The translations under genes and the position numbers were made by a program. DNA of 64,000 nucleotides, taken from the NCBI GenBank assembly GCA_031256975.1, contig JAIRPN010000015.1, positions 152,648 to 216,647 on the forward strand, read 5' to 3'. The notes beneath the pieces are model-generated. The model made no database searches and was not told the origin of the DNA. It worked only from the letters and a program-made list of their open reading frames with translations. This stretch comes from Verrucomicrobiales bacterium (lineage in GTDB: Bacteria > Verrucomicrobiota > Verrucomicrobiia > Methylacidiphilales > JAAUTS01). Of the stretch, positions 20,476-30,948 are shown one piece after another (position 1 is the first letter of the stretch; every line of letters starts with the position of its first letter).

Positions 20476-20907
20476 ATGAATAATGTAATGAAAGGATGGT
20501 TCTTTTGGTTCGGCATACCCACAGCCATAGGCCTCCTCGTTGCATTGATTTTGCCCATGTTTTGTATCAATAGAATGGGATCTCCTGAACTACTAGCAAA
20601 TGTCTTGGTATCAAATTTAAAAACTGCAACCAAAGCGTATATCAAAGACTGCCATCAATCTCCATCGATGGAAAACAAGGTATTTTATGAACAGATTACT
20701 GGAAATAATCTTCAAAAAATCGAATACATGGAATTCACCAGTAAGGACATTAACGCTAATGGTGAAATTGTTGATTCTTGGCAATCACCTATCAAAATTA
20801 TTACCAATCAAGACCTCAGCATTATTTTTGTTTCCGCAGACAAAGATAAAAAATTCGGCACGAAAGATGACATAAGCTCCGAGCCCTTGCCAATCAATTT
20901 AAATTAA
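20476..20907 (+). CDS. membrane-anchored hypothetical protein with pseudopilin-like C-terminus
   Basis: AT-rich 143-aa ORF with an N-terminal TM helix. The C-terminal DSWQSPIKI...SADKDKKFGTKDDI resembles GspG-type pseudopilin ends, but no prepilin cleavage motif is seen. Confidence 0.45.
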   Translation: MNNVMKGWFFWFGIPTAIGLLVALILPMFCINRMGSPELLANVLVSNLKTATKAYIKDCHQSPSMENKVFYEQITGNNLQKIEYMEFTSKDINANGEIVDSWQSPIKIITNQDLSIIFVSADKDKKFGTKDDISSEPLPINLN

Positions 20908-20937
20908 ACTCCAGCTTTTACGATTCCTCTGCAAAAT

Positions 20938-22197
20938 ATGCAACCCGACCACAAATCCCTCTGGCGACTGCTCATCGCGCAAACCCAAGTCGTTTTCAAT
21001 GACAATGCCTCCAAGCTTGCGCTGATCAGCCTTGCTCCGCTGGTACTCAGCACCACCGGGGCCAACTGGGTCACCGATCTGCTGGCCACTTTGCTGGTGC
21101 TACCCTTTGTGATTTTCTCGCCGCTCTGCGGCTGGCTGGCCGACCGTTATCCGAAACAACTGGTGCTCAAGTACGCGTTGTATTTGCAAAGCCTGCTGAT
21201 GTTCCTGATGATCTTCGCGCTGTGGCTGCACTCGTTGTATTTTGCCATCGTGGTGTTTTTCCTGCTGGCTTTGCAGGCTTGTATTTTTTCCCCGGCCAAA
21301 CAAGGCGCGCTGAAGGAAATCGTCGGTTCCGCGCATTTGACTCACGCGGTCGGCTGGATGGAATCGCTGACCATTTTCGGCATCCTGCTCGGGGGACTGG
21401 CGGGAGCGGGATTGTTCACCTGGCTCGACGGGTTGTTCAGCAATCACTGGCACGGCGCTGCGGGCTGTTTCATCGGCCTGACCCTCGGGTGCATTCTGTC
21501 GGTTTTTGTTTTCGGCAACGCCAAGACCGCGGGTTCGCAAAGCAGCGACCCGTTCAGCTGGTCGCTGTTCTGGAATCATTTCCGCGACATCGCCTATCTC
21601 TGGCGCATGCACAAACTGTTCCTGCCCGCACTCGGTATCGCTTACTTTTATTCGCTCGGCGGCTTGTTGTATCTGGTCATGGTTAGCGTCGGCCGCTTCC
21701 TGTATCCCGACAGCAGCAAGGCCGGTTTCATCAGCGGCGAATACCTGGCCATCATGGGTGGCGGCATCATTCTTGGCGCCCTGCTGGTGATCTGGATTGC
21801 CAAGCACCGCCCGGTGATGGGACTGGTGCCGGTCGGCGGACTCGGCATGGCGGCTTCGCTGTTGGCGCTGGCCCTGCTTTATCCGGCCGGATGGCCTTAC
21901 CTTGGCTCACTGTTAGTGTTAGGAATTTTCTCTAGCCTGTTCATCGTGCCATTGAACACCTTTTTGCAGGACAATGCCGCCGAGGACCGGCGCAGCCGTG
22001 TCATTGCCGCCACCAATTTGCTACTGAATCTCGGCGGGATTGTCGCGGTCGCCTTTCACGCCTTGCTGGAAAACATCCTGAAATTGCAGTTAAAAATGCA
22101 GTTTCTCTCGCTATTTGTCACCATGTTGGCCATTGGTGTGGGTACCTGTTTCTTTTTGGGCAAGCAGGTGCCGGTTCTGTTCAAGAAAACGAACTGA
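20938..22197 (+). CDS. MFS transporter (LplT-like)
   Basis: About 12 hydrophobic spans. Loop motif GWLADRYPKQ is typical of MFS TM2-3. Confidence 0.75.
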   Translation: MQPDHKSLWRLLIAQTQVVFNDNASKLALISLAPLVLSTTGANWVTDLLATLLVLPFVIFSPLCGWLADRYPKQLVLKYALYLQSLLMFLMIFALWLHSLYFAIVVFFLLALQACIFSPAKQGALKEIVGSAHLTHAVGWMESLTIFGILLGGLAGAGLFTWLDGLFSNHWHGAAGCFIGLTLGCILSVFVFGNAKTAGSQSSDPFSWSLFWNHFRDIAYLWRMHKLFLPALGIAYFYSLGGLLYLVMVSVGRFLYPDSSKAGFISGEYLAIMGGGIILGALLVIWIAKHRPVMGLVPVGGLGMAASLLALALLYPAGWPYLGSLLVLGIFSSLFIVPLNTFLQDNAAEDRRSRVIAATNLLLNLGGIVAVAFHALLENILKLQLKMQFLSLFVTMLAIGVGTCFFLGKQVPVLFKKTN

Positions 22198-22249
22198 GCG
22201 GGTTTCCTTCTGGCTGGACAAAGGTGTCTTACACCTCCATTTTTGACGG

Positions 22250-23452
22250 ATGATTATTCGTCCGAAGATTCGCGGTTTCATCTGCGTGACCGCCCATCCG
22301 CAAGGCTGTGCGACGCACGTGCGGGAACAAATCGATTACGTGAAGTCCAAGGGAACGCTAACAGCGGGACCGAAACGCGTGCTGGTGATCGGTTCCTCGA
22401 CCGGTTACGGGCTGGCTTCGCGCATCACCGCCGCCTTCGGCTGCGGGGCGAAAACCATCGGCGTATTTTTTGAAAAAGCGGCCGAGGGAGAAAAACTTGG
22501 CACTGCCGGCTGGTATAATTCAGTCGCCTTCGAACAGGCCGCTAACCGTGAAGGCCTTTATGCCAAGAGTTTCAATGGCGATGCCTTCTCCGATGAGCTT
22601 AAAACCAAAGTGGTCGAACAGATCAGGAAGGATTGGGGCCAGGTTGACCAGGTGATTTACAGTCTGGCCTCACCCCGTCGCACCAATCCGCGTACCGGCG
22701 AATCGGTGAAGTCCTGCCTAAAACCAATCGGCACGGTTTATAAATCCCGCACGCTCGACACGGACAAGGCCCAAGTCCTGGATGTCAGCATCGAACCCGC
22801 CACCGAACAGGAAATTGCCGATACCATCAAGGTCATGGGTGGCGAGGATTGGATTTGGTGGATGGAAGCCTTGGAACAGGCCGGCGTATTGGCACCCGGT
22901 TGCACCACCCTGGCCTATTCCTACATCGGGCCGGAAATCACCCACGCGGTGTACACCAACGGCACCATCGGCGCGGCAAAGAAGGACCTGGAACAGGCGG
23001 CGGCCAAACTCAATGCCAAGCTCGCCGTTAGCGGCGGTTATGCGCATGTTTCTGTCAACAAGGCATTGGTCACCCAGGCCAGCTCGGCGATTCCGGTCGT
23101 GCCGTTGTACATTTCCATCCTGTACAAAATCATGAAGGAAAAGGGCCTGCACGAAGGTTGCATTGAGCAAATGCAGCGCCTGTATGCCGATCACCTCGCC
23201 AACGGCAAGCAGCCGGTGCTCGACGCTAACGGTCGCATCCGCATCGATGACTGGGAAATGAAACCGGAAATCCAAGCCGCTGTTGCCGCCATCTGGCCAA
23301 CCGTCACCACCGAGAATCTGAAACAATTGACCGATTTCGAAGGCTACCAAAAGGAATTCCTGAAATTGTTCGGCTTTGGTCTGTCCGGTGTCGATTACGA
23401 AGCCGACAGCAATCCGGCACAGGTCGACGGCAAAGATGCGGTGTTGAATTGA
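22250..23452 (+). CDS. fabV: trans-2-enoyl-ACP/CoA reductase
   Basis: N-terminus [20 protein letters not shown] and [12 protein letters not shown] are diagnostic of FabV/TER. Confidence 0.9.
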   Translation: MIIRPKIRGFICVTAHPQGCATHVREQIDYVKSKGTLTAGPKRVLVIGSSTGYGLASRITAAFGCGAKTIGVFFEKAAEGEKLGTAGWYNSVAFEQAANREGLYAKSFNGDAFSDELKTKVVEQIRKDWGQVDQVIYSLASPRRTNPRTGESVKSCLKPIGTVYKSRTLDTDKAQVLDVSIEPATEQEIADTIKVMGGEDWIWWMEALEQAGVLAPGCTTLAYSYIGPEITHAVYTNGTIGAAKKDLEQAAAKLNAKLAVSGGYAHVSVNKALVTQASSAIPVVPLYISILYKIMKEKGLHEGCIEQMQRLYADHLANGKQPVLDANGRIRIDDWEMKPEIQAAVAAIWPTVTTENLKQLTDFEGYQKEFLKLFGFGLSGVDYEADSNPAQVDGKDAVLN

Positions 23453-23464
23453 TTCCGTCACCGC

Positions 23465-24148
23465 ATGAAAAAATACCTGCTGCTTTGGGATATTGACGGC
23501 ACACTGGTCACTACCGGCAAGGCGGGCGAGATTGCCATGGCCCAGTCGACGGAACGCGCCTTCGGAATCAAGTCCGACTTGTCGAAGGTTGATTTCCGCG
23601 GCCGTACCGACACCTGGATTGGCATGCAATTGTTCAAGCAACTCGGGCTGGAACCGACGCCCGAGCACCTGCATGAGTTTCACGAGGCCTATTTGTCCTG
23701 CCTGAAAGAACAACTGCCGTTGAACCATGGCAAAATATTTCCCGGCATTCTGGAAATTCTGGAACAAGCCGCCAACCGAGAAAATTGCGTCAACGCACTA
23801 CTGACCGGCAATCTTGCGCGGGGAGCCGAGTTGAAACTTTCGCATTATTCGGTCTGGCATTATTTCGAGTTTGGCGCATTTTCCGACGACTCGCCTGTTC
23901 GCAACGAACTCGGCCCGGTGGCACTCAAGCGTGCCTTGGAAAAAACCGGCCAGCCATTCTCACCGGAGAATGTTTATATCATCGGCGACACTCCGCACGA
24001 TATTGCCTGCGGCAAGGCAATCGGCGCGAAGACCATCTCGGTCGCCACCGGCGGTTACAGCAAGGAAGAATTGCTCGGGCACGAACCGACCGCTTATTTT
24101 GACGATTTCAGCCATCCGGAAAAATTCTTCGAATTGCTCGGACGCTAA
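23465..24148 (+). CDS. HAD family hydrolase
   Basis: DIDGTLV motif I and GDTPHD motif IV. Confidence 0.8.
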   Translation: MKKYLLLWDIDGTLVTTGKAGEIAMAQSTERAFGIKSDLSKVDFRGRTDTWIGMQLFKQLGLEPTPEHLHEFHEAYLSCLKEQLPLNHGKIFPGILEILEQAANRENCVNALLTGNLARGAELKLSHYSVWHYFEFGAFSDDSPVRNELGPVALKRALEKTGQPFSPENVYIIGDTPHDIACGKAIGAKTISVATGGYSKEELLGHEPTAYFDDFSHPEKFFELLGR

Positions 24149-24162
24149 CGCTAATAGCGAAC

Positions 24163-24981
24163 TTACAATTTAACCGCGACCAGAATCAGCCGCTGCCACC
24201 ACCAGATGGTCTTGCCGTCTTCCTCGGCAAGCCGGAACAAACGCCGAGCCGAGCCGGGCGCGGTGGCGATTAGCGTCCGTACCGCTACGCGGTTCTCCGC
24301 GCAGGTTCCGGCGGTGTTGAAATACCACTCGAGATCCGGCTGCTTCATCGTCTGGATTTCACTGTGCACCACACGCAACCCGGCATGCCCGCAAAGATGA
24401 GCCCATTTCAACGGAGTGATCAGGCGATTGTGGCTCGGGTCGCGTAATTTCTCCACCTGGTGCATCCATTCCTCGGCCTCCGGTTCCCCGTCTTCAACCG
24501 TGCCGTCGATCAGCAAAAAATGGCCACCCTTTTTCAATACCCGTGCCGCTTCCATCACGAATGAGGCCGGACAACTGAAATGATGCGCCGCAATGCGGCA
24601 GGTCACCAAATCAAAACTGGCATCAGGATAAGGCAGCTCTTCCGCCGGATGCTGATTGACGCTAATGGTGAGATTTTCATCCTTGGCGGTCTGTTGCACC
24701 CGTTCGAGCATGGCGGCCGAAATATCCGCCATGGTCACATCCAATCCCAATCTGGCAAAATAGAACCCCGTGTGCCCCCCGCCGGTGGCGACATCAAGCA
24801 GCTTCTGTCCACGCTGCGGCTTGAGCACGTTTAGCGTCGAACGCAAATCATCCGTATTCTGCAAAATGTGAGATTTGCCATAGTTCGCGCTTTGCTTGTC
24901 GAACTGTCGTTGCGCCACCCCCTGGATCGGATCGAGCTCTTTCACGAAACTCAATATATCACAACACCATGTGGAAGTCAT
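24163..24981 (-). CDS. class I SAM-dependent methyltransferase
   Basis: LLDVATGGGHTG (motif I). Last gene of the minus-strand glycan operon. Confidence 0.8.
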   Translation of the reverse strand: MTSTWCCDILSFVKELDPIQGVAQRQFDKQSANYGKSHILQNTDDLRSTLNVLKPQRGQKLLDVATGGGHTGFYFARLGLDVTMADISAAMLERVQQTAKDENLTISVNQHPAEELPYPDASFDLVTCRIAAHHFSCPASFVMEAARVLKKGGHFLLIDGTVEDGEPEAEEWMHQVEKLRDPSHNRLITPLKWAHLCGHAGLRVVHSEIQTMKQPDLEWYFNTAGTCAENRVAVRTLIATAPGSARRLFRLAEEDGKTIWWWQRLILVAVKL

Positions 24982-24989
24982 GATTTACG

Positions 24990-26078
24990 CTACCTGACCT
25001 CCGCAATCAACAACGTCTCGGCCAAAATCGCCCCGTCAATTGGCTTCACAATCTTAAACTTATATCCCAAATTCCAGCTTTCTATCATTGGTTTGATATC
25101 AAAAAAATCACTCCAATTATGATAAATGCTGAGCACCAATACCGGCTTTTGTGTTTTAATTGTGTTGACCGCCCCTTTGAGGAATTCTTGCTCAAATCCT
25201 TCTATGTCAACCTTGATTAATCCAACCTGTATACCATTCTGTACAACATAATTGTCCAGAGTGTCCATATCGACCTTCTCCCTAACCGCCCGAGCAAAAT
25301 TATCCTTGCTAATGCAACTCGATGAGCCGTTAACAACGATTTCGACGCTTTCTTTTCGGGAACCTAAGGCCAACGGCACTATTTTCGCATTTTTGATTTT
25401 GTTTAATTCAAGGGTCTTTTGCATCAACTGCCTTTGTCCTGCAACCGCCTCGAAGGAATATACTGTACGATTCGTGTAGGGGGAAAGCACCAGAACCGAG
25501 TCCCCGATGAATCCGCCAATGTCCAAGATGTCTTTATCCTTTAGTTTTTCCGGGTTTTGTACATGCGCCAATCCATGTTTATAAAAAAAGACACTGGGCT
25601 CAAAGTGTCTGACCGGTAAATAATATTCACCATAACAAAACAATTTTTCTGCTAAATCCACTATGTTTGCATAGAATTCATCGTTCAAATCGGACAATAA
25701 TTTTTGCTCCTGCACCGTATAAACATCTTTTCCCTTTACCGGTAATTCTTGAACTTCCCTTATGCGGTTTATAATGCGACTGACCGTAAACTTGCTCCGG
25801 GTATCAAGCCCTTCGGTCAATAATCGGAATTTTTCCGGAAATTCAGGCGTAGAGAAACCTTGGTAGAATCTCCGCAATCGCGCTTTTTCAAAACCGCCAT
25901 GGTAACAATATTTGTATGTTCGTTTAAATGAATAAGCAATTCTCGCGAAAGATTTCCTGATATAAAATCGATTTGTTGTCTTTTTATAGACAGGCACGCC
26001 CAGTAAATACCCCTTGATTTTATACTCAAGATATTTGTTGTGGTACAGAATAGAAGCGATTTGTCGCAGTATATTCAT
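24990..26078 (-). CDS. FkbM family methyltransferase
   Basis: DIGGFIGDS and LIKVDIEGFE motifs. AT-rich. Confidence 0.7.
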   Translation of the reverse strand: MNILRQIASILYHNKYLEYKIKGYLLGVPVYKKTTNRFYIRKSFARIAYSFKRTYKYCYHGGFEKARLRRFYQGFSTPEFPEKFRLLTEGLDTRSKFTVSRIINRIREVQELPVKGKDVYTVQEQKLLSDLNDEFYANIVDLAEKLFCYGEYYLPVRHFEPSVFFYKHGLAHVQNPEKLKDKDILDIGGFIGDSVLVLSPYTNRTVYSFEAVAGQRQLMQKTLELNKIKNAKIVPLALGSRKESVEIVVNGSSSCISKDNFARAVREKVDMDTLDNYVVQNGIQVGLIKVDIEGFEQEFLKGAVNTIKTQKPVLVLSIYHNWSDFFDIKPMIESWNLGYKFKIVKPIDGAILAETLLIAEVR

Positions 26079-26143
26079 AATCCTATCTACTATTTTTAAT
26101 TATGCAGAAAATATAGTCACATCTATCAAATACAAATCAAATA

Positions 26144-27070
26144 TCATCTATCTGTATCAATTAGTGTAATCCCAAACAGGATTAATCGGTAAATATTTTG
26201 TTTTGGGCAGATCTTAACCCTGAAAAACTGCTGTTTTTTCCGTTTCCTCAATAAAATGCGTTCCACTCGATTTTGCACCACGTCCTCAACATCAATCCCC
26301 CTCCTTATCCCAGCGTCAACCATTGCTACAATGTGCCAATACAAAGCTTTATTGGCATTATCAAATAGCGAAATACCACCTTTATGAATACGATATTTGT
26401 ATAATGGCAGATCAATAAAAACCAGATTCCCCACTTCCTCCATTTTATAGTACAAATCTTGATCCACGGCTCTTTTAAATTTGGCATCAATACCTGAAGT
26501 ACACCGGTATTTGGCCGTCTTGAAAGTGGCAAAATGAGTCACAATCGGCGCACTGTCTCTGAGCATCAAGTAATTTTCATCCGGTTTTAATGCCCGCTGA
26601 TGGGTGGTTTGTTTTTTAATATCAAGCAGTTCATTGCATCTGTAAAAACGGGAAGAGATTAAACTCGCTTCCGGTTGCTGGTAATGGGCTTCCATCATGA
26701 TTTGTAACGCATCCGGGGTCAACGCATCGTCAGGATCCAAAAAGCCACACACCGCTCCTTCAGCCAATTCTGCGCATCTTCGTTTGGTGGCGCCGCAGCC
26801 TTGATTCTTTTCCTGGCGGTATAACCTGATTTTATATCCTTGGCTGATATAACGCTTGATGATCTCCACCGAATCATCGGTGGAGGCATCGTCCACGATC
26901 ACCATTTCCCAATCCTGATAGGTTTGCGCAATCACACTGTCAATTGCTTCGGAAAGGTATCTTCCATTGTTATAGCTAGCCACCAGGACTGAAAACAAAC
27001 CATCTTTCATCTCATCATAATCAATTGGGCATTCCGTCCGCCTACCGGTTACCAAATTTTTTGCTGCCAC
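26144..27070 (-). CDS. glycosyltransferase family 2
   Basis: FSVLVASYNNGRYLSEAIDSVIAQTYQDWEMVIVDDASTDDS (GT-A DxD context). An alternative start at 27010 would remove the overlap with the upstream gene. Confidence 0.85.
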   Translation of the reverse strand: MAAKNLVTGRRTECPIDYDEMKDGLFSVLVASYNNGRYLSEAIDSVIAQTYQDWEMVIVDDASTDDSVEIIKRYISQGYKIRLYRQEKNQGCGATKRRCAELAEGAVCGFLDPDDALTPDALQIMMEAHYQQPEASLISSRFYRCNELLDIKKQTTHQRALKPDENYLMLRDSAPIVTHFATFKTAKYRCTSGIDAKFKRAVDQDLYYKMEEVGNLVFIDLPLYKYRIHKGGISLFDNANKALYWHIVAMVDAGIRRGIDVEDVVQNRVERILLRKRKKQQFFRVKICPKQNIYRLILFGITLIDTDR

Positions 27071-27843
27071 ATCACATTCCCGCTCGCGATCGCCAGTGAT
27101 CGCGAAAACAGCCTAACCATTCTGCGATAAAGATATTGGGGAAGCCCTCTGTGCCAGTAACGGTCACCCAGGCGCTTCAGACGACCCGCAAAACCATTCT
27201 GTTTGTCACCGCGCGTGCCAATGGAGCTGATCTCAGCAGCTTCACGCAAGCCAACACAGTAAGGCACCAGGGCTCTGACAGGCACAATCCTCAATTCCTG
27301 AAACCTCAGCCAATGATCAGCCACAATCCACACGGGGAATAACTTGTCCAACATGTGCCGTGCCGCCTGTCGTGTGATAAAATAGCCGTGTGCGTTCCAG
27401 CATAATCCATAGGTCTCGGCCAATTTCCGATCGCCGGTCAACGAAACCTGCGATCTTTTCAAATACTTCGGCACATGGTTCAACAAAACCACCATTTCCT
27501 GCCCGGCGGGATAACGACTCTCCAGTTGTTCAAGTATCGTGTTCAAATCAGGCGACAACTCCGCGTCATCTTCCAAAATCAACGCATGGGGAATATTTTC
27601 ATCCACCATTTTCCGGTAAATCCCCAAGTGACTCAAGGCGCAGCCAATTTCCGCCCCTGTCATTTTTTCGCGTTCACGAACAGCCTTATCGCCATTATAT
27701 TGCTCCTTGAGTTGAAGCTCGCTCATCTTTCTGCCATCGACCGCCGGAAAAATTTCAAAAGGAATATCCAAAGTACGAAGTTGCTGCGCCATCGCTTCAC
27801 GCCGATCAACGGCTGACTCAAGATTAATTACAAAACAACTCAT
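27049..27843 (-). CDS. glycosyltransferase family 25 (LOS/LPS beta-1,4-galactosyltransferase-like)
   Basis: N-terminus FVINLESAVDRREAMAQQL...FPAVDG is typical of GT25. Confidence 0.85.
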   Translation of the reverse strand: MSCFVINLESAVDRREAMAQQLRTLDIPFEIFPAVDGRKMSELQLKEQYNGDKAVREREKMTGAEIGCALSHLGIYRKMVDENIPHALILEDDAELSPDLNTILEQLESRYPAGQEMVVLLNHVPKYLKRSQVSLTGDRKLAETYGLCWNAHGYFITRQAARHMLDKLFPVWIVADHWLRFQELRIVPVRALVPYCVGLREAAEISSIGTRGDKQNGFAGRLKRLGDRYWHRGLPQYLYRRMVRLFSRSLAIASGNVMWQQKIW

Positions 27844-28044
27844 GGATCCGCCCTCCTATATATAGCTTATCATTGTCACAATTGCCGCAAACACCTTCTG
27901 CTCGCTGGATACAATTTTATTTCCCCTTGCCCCTTGTATTCCATCATATAAGCCTGTCACTAACCTGAATCGCTGGCCTCCCCAGAGGCAACAATAAAGA
28001 GACTTGCTGAATTTAACAAAAGAAAACACAATCATTAACTTCAC

Positions 28045-29886
28045 ATGCTTAACCAGCTTAAGTTTTTGGCCTTAAAAAACCTGTTCGTTAAAAATTACAC
28101 GCGGATGTGGCCGTTTTTTCGCCCATACCGATGGATGGCCCTGTTGGGAGTGGCCCTAACCATGGTCGTTGGGGCATCCGATGGGGCAATGGTCGGGTTT
28201 CTGGGCCTGTTCATCAATAAAATCACCGACAAACCGCTAACGGCAAAACTCGAATTGGTACGGCCCATGATTGACTGGCTCAATTCATTCGACAGCAAGC
28301 AATTCGCCATGGCGATTCCCTACATGATCGTCAGCTTTGTCTTTGTGATCGGCTGCATTACCTATGCCTCAAACTGCATCAATTCCTGGGTCGGTAATCG
28401 CGTAACCATGGACATCAAGAAACGCCTGTATCAAAAACTGCTTTCCATGAACGCGATGTATTTTGATACCAATTCCTCCGGCAATGTCCTGTTTCGCTTC
28501 AATACCGACGCCGAGGCCGCCTCGTCCGGATTGATTGACAACCTGAAAATGTTTCTCACCCGCCTGTCAACTTCACTTGCGTTGATAGCCGCCATGATTG
28601 CCGTGTCGTGGAAACTCTCGTCCATTGCCCTTGTCGTATTGGTTTTTGTATTTCTACCCCTGGGGATCGCGCGCAAACACATGAAACGGATCATGAGTAA
28701 AAGCATTGCTTCCATTACCGGGGTGATCACCGCTTACAATGAAACTTTCGCGGGCAATAAAACCATTGCCGCTTACAACCTGCAGGAGCCCCAGACCCGC
28801 AAATTCAACACCCTGGTCGACGGCGTGTTCAAATTCGCGGTGAAAATGGTGCGCAACACCAACTGGCTTTCGCCCTGCATGCATTTTATCTCCGCAATCG
28901 GCATCGCGCTGGTGGTCGGATTCGGCGGCAACATGATCGTGCATGACGTCATTAGCGTCGGCGCCTTTTTCACTTTTGGCACCGCCATGATCATGCTTTA
29001 CACCCCGCTCAAGGGTATCGGCAATAATTTCGTCTCCCTGCAATATTCCTTCATGGCCATTGAGCGCTTGCACGAGATTCTGGATCTCAAACCGCAGATT
29101 GAGGACGCCAACGACGCCATCAAGTTGCAGGGAGTCCATAATATCATTGAATTCCATGGCGTCTGTTTTGAATACCGTCCCAATGCCCCGATTCTCAAAA
29201 ACATCACCCTTAGCGCCAAAGTCGGCGAAATGGTCGCCTTGGTCGGCAATTCGGGCGGGGGAAAGACTACCGTTGTCAATTTGCTGCCCCGCTTTTACGA
29301 AATCAAATCGGGTTCCATTCGCATTGACGGCACTGACATCCGCAAATTCACCCTGCATTCCCTGCGCCAGCAGATCGGCGTGGTGTTTCAGGATAATTTC
29401 CTATTCAGCGGCACCATTCGCGAGAATGTCATGCTTGGAAATCCCAACGCGGACGAGGAAGCCGTATATCGCGCGTTAAAACACGCCCATCTCTCGGAGT
29501 TCATCGCCAACCTGGAAAAGGGAATCGATACTGAAATCGGTGAACGCGGTATCCTTCTCTCCGGCGGCCAAAAGCAGCGCATCGCCATCGCCCGCGCCTT
29601 TCTCAAGAACGCCCCCATCCTGATTCTCGATGAAGCCACCAGCGCCCTCGACAACAAATCCGAAGCCGTGGTTCAAGCCGCCATCAACGACCTGATGAAA
29701 GGCCGCACCGTCTTCGTCATCGCCCACCGCCTCAGCACCGTCCAAAATGCGGATAAAATCATCGTCCTGAATCAGGGTGAAATCGTTGAAGAGGGTAAAC
29801 ACCAAATCCTCTTGGAAAAGAAAGGTGTTTACGCTTCGCTGCACCAAGCCCAATTCAAAAGTCAAACTACCACACACAATCCATAA
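28045..29886 (+). CDS. ABC transporter permease/ATPase, MsbA-like exporter
   Basis: Six-TM domain plus an NBD with GNSGGGKTT (Walker A), LSGGQKQR signature and ILILDEATSALD (Walker B). Confidence 0.85.
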   Translation: MLNQLKFLALKNLFVKNYTRMWPFFRPYRWMALLGVALTMVVGASDGAMVGFLGLFINKITDKPLTAKLELVRPMIDWLNSFDSKQFAMAIPYMIVSFVFVIGCITYASNCINSWVGNRVTMDIKKRLYQKLLSMNAMYFDTNSSGNVLFRFNTDAEAASSGLIDNLKMFLTRLSTSLALIAAMIAVSWKLSSIALVVLVFVFLPLGIARKHMKRIMSKSIASITGVITAYNETFAGNKTIAAYNLQEPQTRKFNTLVDGVFKFAVKMVRNTNWLSPCMHFISAIGIALVVGFGGNMIVHDVISVGAFFTFGTAMIMLYTPLKGIGNNFVSLQYSFMAIERLHEILDLKPQIEDANDAIKLQGVHNIIEFHGVCFEYRPNAPILKNITLSAKVGEMVALVGNSGGGKTTVVNLLPRFYEIKSGSIRIDGTDIRKFTLHSLRQQIGVVFQDNFLFSGTIRENVMLGNPNADEEAVYRALKHAHLSEFIANLEKGIDTEIGERGILLSGGQKQRIAIARAFLKNAPILILDEATSALDNKSEAVVQAAINDLMKGRTVFVIAHRLSTVQNADKIIVLNQGEIVEEGKHQILLEKKGVYASLHQAQFKSQTTTHNP

Positions 29887-30008
29887 CCACACCTGTTTAT
29901 ACCAATCGCCACATATAGATGCGGCGACGAACCTCAAGACGCGCCGTGTTGATCATGAAACAACCGGGATCAAAGTACAATCAGTCAAATTGTCGGCTTG
30001 CAAGATTC

Positions 30009-30929
30009 TTACCATATTTTCTTGCGAAAAGTCCTCGCCTTTCTTTCCAACTGACGTAAGTGACTTGCCAAATATGCTCTCCAATCTTTATTTTCTGCGC
30101 GCTGATTTAAAAAAGCTTCTATTTGCATATAGCCTGATTCATCCAATTTCCGCCGCGAATCCATTTTAATTTCCCCACAGAATTCTTCCCACTCCCTAGT
30201 CAACCGTTCCTTTGCTACAGCATACAAACTCTGATCCATACGGGCTATTTGTATTAATTCGGATTCCATATCGACCAATTCCTGCCTCCATCCTCCCTTC
30301 GGCCTATTCTGGTTAACTTTATACAGTTGTGGAAAACTAAGCAGCGGGATTTGCAGGCGCCAACTTAACAAGATAAGAGAAATATCCATATGTTCCACCA
30401 GACCCACAAAATCAATCTTCTTCATGTTTGCAAGGGCAATTCTCAGGGTATTCATATTCTCTTTATCCCTGTCAATCCAAGCTTCTCCCTTGCCGGCCAG
30501 CCAACCGGTTTGAAAATTTAATCTTTCCATGATATAATCAGGACGTTTCCCAACCGCTTCTTTAAAATTTATTTGTTCATAAACCCGCATAGGGCGAACA
30601 CACCAGTTTGTACATTTCTTCTCTTGGATTTCCTCTTCGATTTCCTGGCGTTGTGCGGTGACGTAATGATACTCAGACAATGCCCGCTCAACCGGATTTC
30701 TCAAAAATGTAAAAACAAACAATCGGGGTATTTGTCTACAAATGGATAATGGCAAATGCCCCCTGAAGAAATCCCATTGTTTCAATTTGGATATATCATT
30801 TGCCTCAAGCTCCTCTCGGTGGGCATACGGACAAATCCTTTCATGGGGAAATCTCTGCATCATTGCCACTGTCACAGAAGTCCCAGCCGTCTTTGGTATA
30901 TGAAAAAAAAATATCTTTTTGGAAATCAT
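30009..30929 (-). CDS. sulfotransferase family protein (paralog of 851..1777)
   Basis: FFHIPKTAGTS motif. Collinear similarity with the 308-aa ORF, including the C-terminal ...RKKIW. Confidence 0.7.
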   Translation of the reverse strand: MISKKIFFFHIPKTAGTSVTVAMMQRFPHERICPYAHREELEANDISKLKQWDFFRGHLPLSICRQIPRLFVFTFLRNPVERALSEYHYVTAQRQEIEEEIQEKKCTNWCVRPMRVYEQINFKEAVGKRPDYIMERLNFQTGWLAGKGEAWIDRDKENMNTLRIALANMKKIDFVGLVEHMDISLILLSWRLQIPLLSFPQLYKVNQNRPKGGWRQELVDMESELIQIARMDQSLYAVAKERLTREWEEFCGEIKMDSRRKLDESGYMQIEAFLNQRAENKDWRAYLASHLRQLERKARTFRKKIW

Positions 30930-30948
30930 AAGACGTCACACAAATCAA

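Noticed and set aside
22718-23767. 349-aa minus-strand ORF spanning the fabV 3' half and the HAD gene 5' end
   Set aside because: It crosses two well-supported plus-strand genes and their intergenic gap, and it has no recognisable domain. It is a shadow ORF.
24143-24165. Small palindrome CGCTAaTAGCG after the HAD gene as a terminator
   Set aside because: The 5-bp arms with a 1-nt loop cannot form a stable hairpin. It is just two adjacent copies of the abundant motif.
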